DNA of 64,000 nucleotides, taken from an uncultured Gaiellales bacterium. GTDB taxonomy: Bacteria; Actinomycetota; Thermoleophilia; Gaiellales; Gaiellaceae. Shown in pieces: positions 62,923 to 64,000 of this stretch. Within the stretch, counting starts at the first letter, position 1, and each line of letters opens with the position of its first letter. The stretch is taken from NCBI GenBank assembly GCA_964370985.1, contig CAYJLE010000001.1, forward strand, positions 191,629-255,628, given 5' to 3'. The notes beneath the pieces were generated by a model. It saw only the letters and a program-made list of their open reading frames with translations, did not search any database and was not told the origin of the DNA. The translations under genes and the position numbers were made by a program.

Positions 62923-62975
62923 CGTGGGATTGTGTCGCACCCGCCGGCCGCGCAGCGCGCGGCTTCGCGCTCGTG

Positions 62976-64000
62976 TCAGCTCTTGGCGGGACTCGTGACT
63001 CGCCCGAGGAAGAGAAGCGCGCCCGTCTCGCGATCGCGCAGCGCGTAGAGGAAGGGCCGGTCGACCGTCACGAGGATCGGCTCCGGCTCCGGGTCCGGGG
63101 CGGCGGTCGTCTCCATGCCTACCGCCGTCGCCGCGGCGGCCTCGGTGCCCGCCTCGTCGACGGTGATGTTCGCCTGGTGGACGACGAAGCCGATCTGGAG
63201 CGGCTCGTCGAGCGTCATCCCCGTGAAGTCCGCCGCGTCCGTGAACGCCGTGATCAGCCCGAGCGCGGCGAGGGCTCGGGACAGCTCGACCCGCGTCTCG
63301 ACCTCCCACTTCGGCAGGCTCAGCACGACGTCGCCCGGAGCGAGCGCGCTCGCCGCGCGATCGACCAGGCCGCTGGCGAGCTCGCGCTCGACCGTCACGA
63401 GCGCGCCCTCGTCGGGAAGGAGCACGAGCATGGCGAGCTCGCCGCCCGCGTAGGGCAGCTCGACCGCCTGCCAGCCGTCCCCCCGGGCGTAGGCCATGGC
63501 GTCGTCGCCCCGGCGCATGAACGGCACCTCGACCGTCGAGCCGTCGAGGAGCGTGAACGGAGCGGGCCGCGTCGCGTCGGGCTCGAACGGGGTCGCCCAG
63601 GGCGCCCTGAGGTAGATCGCGTTCACGAGGACGAGACGGGTCAGCGCGTTCACGAGCCCGGGCGTGAGCAGCTCCGGGATACGGCCGCGCGTCTCCTCGC
63701 CGACCCACCCGTTCACGGCAACCCTCGCCGCCTCGGCGTCCGCGACGAAATCGGCGAGCCGAACGCCCGCCCCGTACTCGCGCGCGAGCACGTCGAGGAA
63801 GGCGCCCTGCCACGTCAGGCTCTCCTGCCCCCAGACCGCGTTCGCGATCGAGAGCTCGACCTCGACCGGCTCGCCCGCCACCTCGAACGTGCCGCTGCGC
63901 GCGGCGAGCGCCCGGGTGAGGCCGTTCAGCGCGTGGTGGATCGCCCCGGGGTCGTCGACATGCAGGACCGCGTCCAGCTCCGCCGCCGTCTTCCCCGCCG
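62976..64000 (-). CDS. serpin-family protease inhibitor (5' end outside window)
   Basis: Reactive-centre-loop hinge DEAGTEAAAATAV and C-terminal DRPFLYALRD. The frame stays open and serpin-like upstream of the listed GTG (63881) to the window edge. Confidence 0.8.
   Translation of the reverse strand, partial: AGKTAAELDAVLHVDDPGAIHHALNGLTRALAARSGTFEVAGEPVEVELSIANAVWGQESLTWQGAFLDVLAREYGAGVRLADFVADAEAARVAVNGWVGEETRGRIPELLTPGLVNALTRLVLVNAIYLRAPWATPFEPDATRPAPFTLLDGSTVEVPFMRRGDDAMAYARGDGWQAVELPYAGGELAMLVLLPDEGALVTVERELASGLVDRAASALAPGDVVLSLPKWEVETRVELSRALAALGLITAFTDAADFTGMTLDEPLQIGFVVHQANITVDEAGTEAAAATAVGMETTAAPDPEPEPILVTVDRPFLYALRDRETGALLFLGRVTSPAKS

Noticed and set aside
1-64000. tRNA, rRNA, tmRNA, RNase P and SRP RNA genes
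   Set aside because: I scanned by eye for hallmark strings (GGTTCGAATCC-type T-loops, GAGGAAAGTCC, GGAAGCAGCC) and found none. This is a weak negative, because no covariance-model search could be run.

Overview
High-GC (about 72%) chromosomal segment of actinobacterial type. The phylum call is an inference from composition and protein families, and I cannot name the organism. I call about 65 protein-coding genes. They are tightly packed, and many are joined by 1-8 nt start/stop overlaps, mostly NTGA (ATGA, GTGA, TTGA). I used these overlaps, amino-acid counts against the supplied ORF track, and family motifs to choose start codons inside the over-long high-GC ORFs.

Content is mostly housekeeping and metabolism:
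- pyrE, rdgB, rph, murI, pabB/pabC, ggt
- a GNAT/HAD/nitrilase group and an MFS-MarR pair
- xseA/xseB, ferritin
- a LOG-GT4-UPF0104-glycerate kinase operon and an adenosine deaminase
- LuxR/LAL regulators, an HD-GYP protein, an RpoD-like sigma factor
- topoisomerase III, plsC, a 5'-3' exonuclease, lutABC, glnK-amt, kdgK
- a hybrid histidine kinase, an ADP-forming acyl-CoA synthetase plus crotonase
- a MEDS/XRE regulator with a GcvT-family enzyme, a PG-binding LAS-type peptidase
- hutF-hutH-hutU-hutI and a partial serpin

I recognised no rRNA, tRNA, CRISPR array, transposase, or canonical defence gene.

I found no convincing multi-gene novel system. The most unusual signals, all unverified without searches:
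1. A family of TA-flanked, self-complementary REP/MITE-like elements with ends GGGGC(G/C)..CTGTCC. They occur at four places: 44278-44310, two tandem 143-bp units at 48381-48657, and a 169-bp element with perfect 23-bp terminal inverted repeats between hutU and hutI.
2. A promoter plus terminator-like leader directly upstream of glnK-amt.
3. An in-frame RdgB-Roadblock/LC7 fusion.
4. An 86-codon GC3-rich membrane-protein-like frame after marR that has no canonical start codon.
5. A lower-GC stretch (about 30350-33130) holding the C-terminal half of a LAL regulator, an HD-GYP gene, and an AT-rich intergenic region with a strongly signalled 28-codon sORF and inverted DnaA-box-like motifs.
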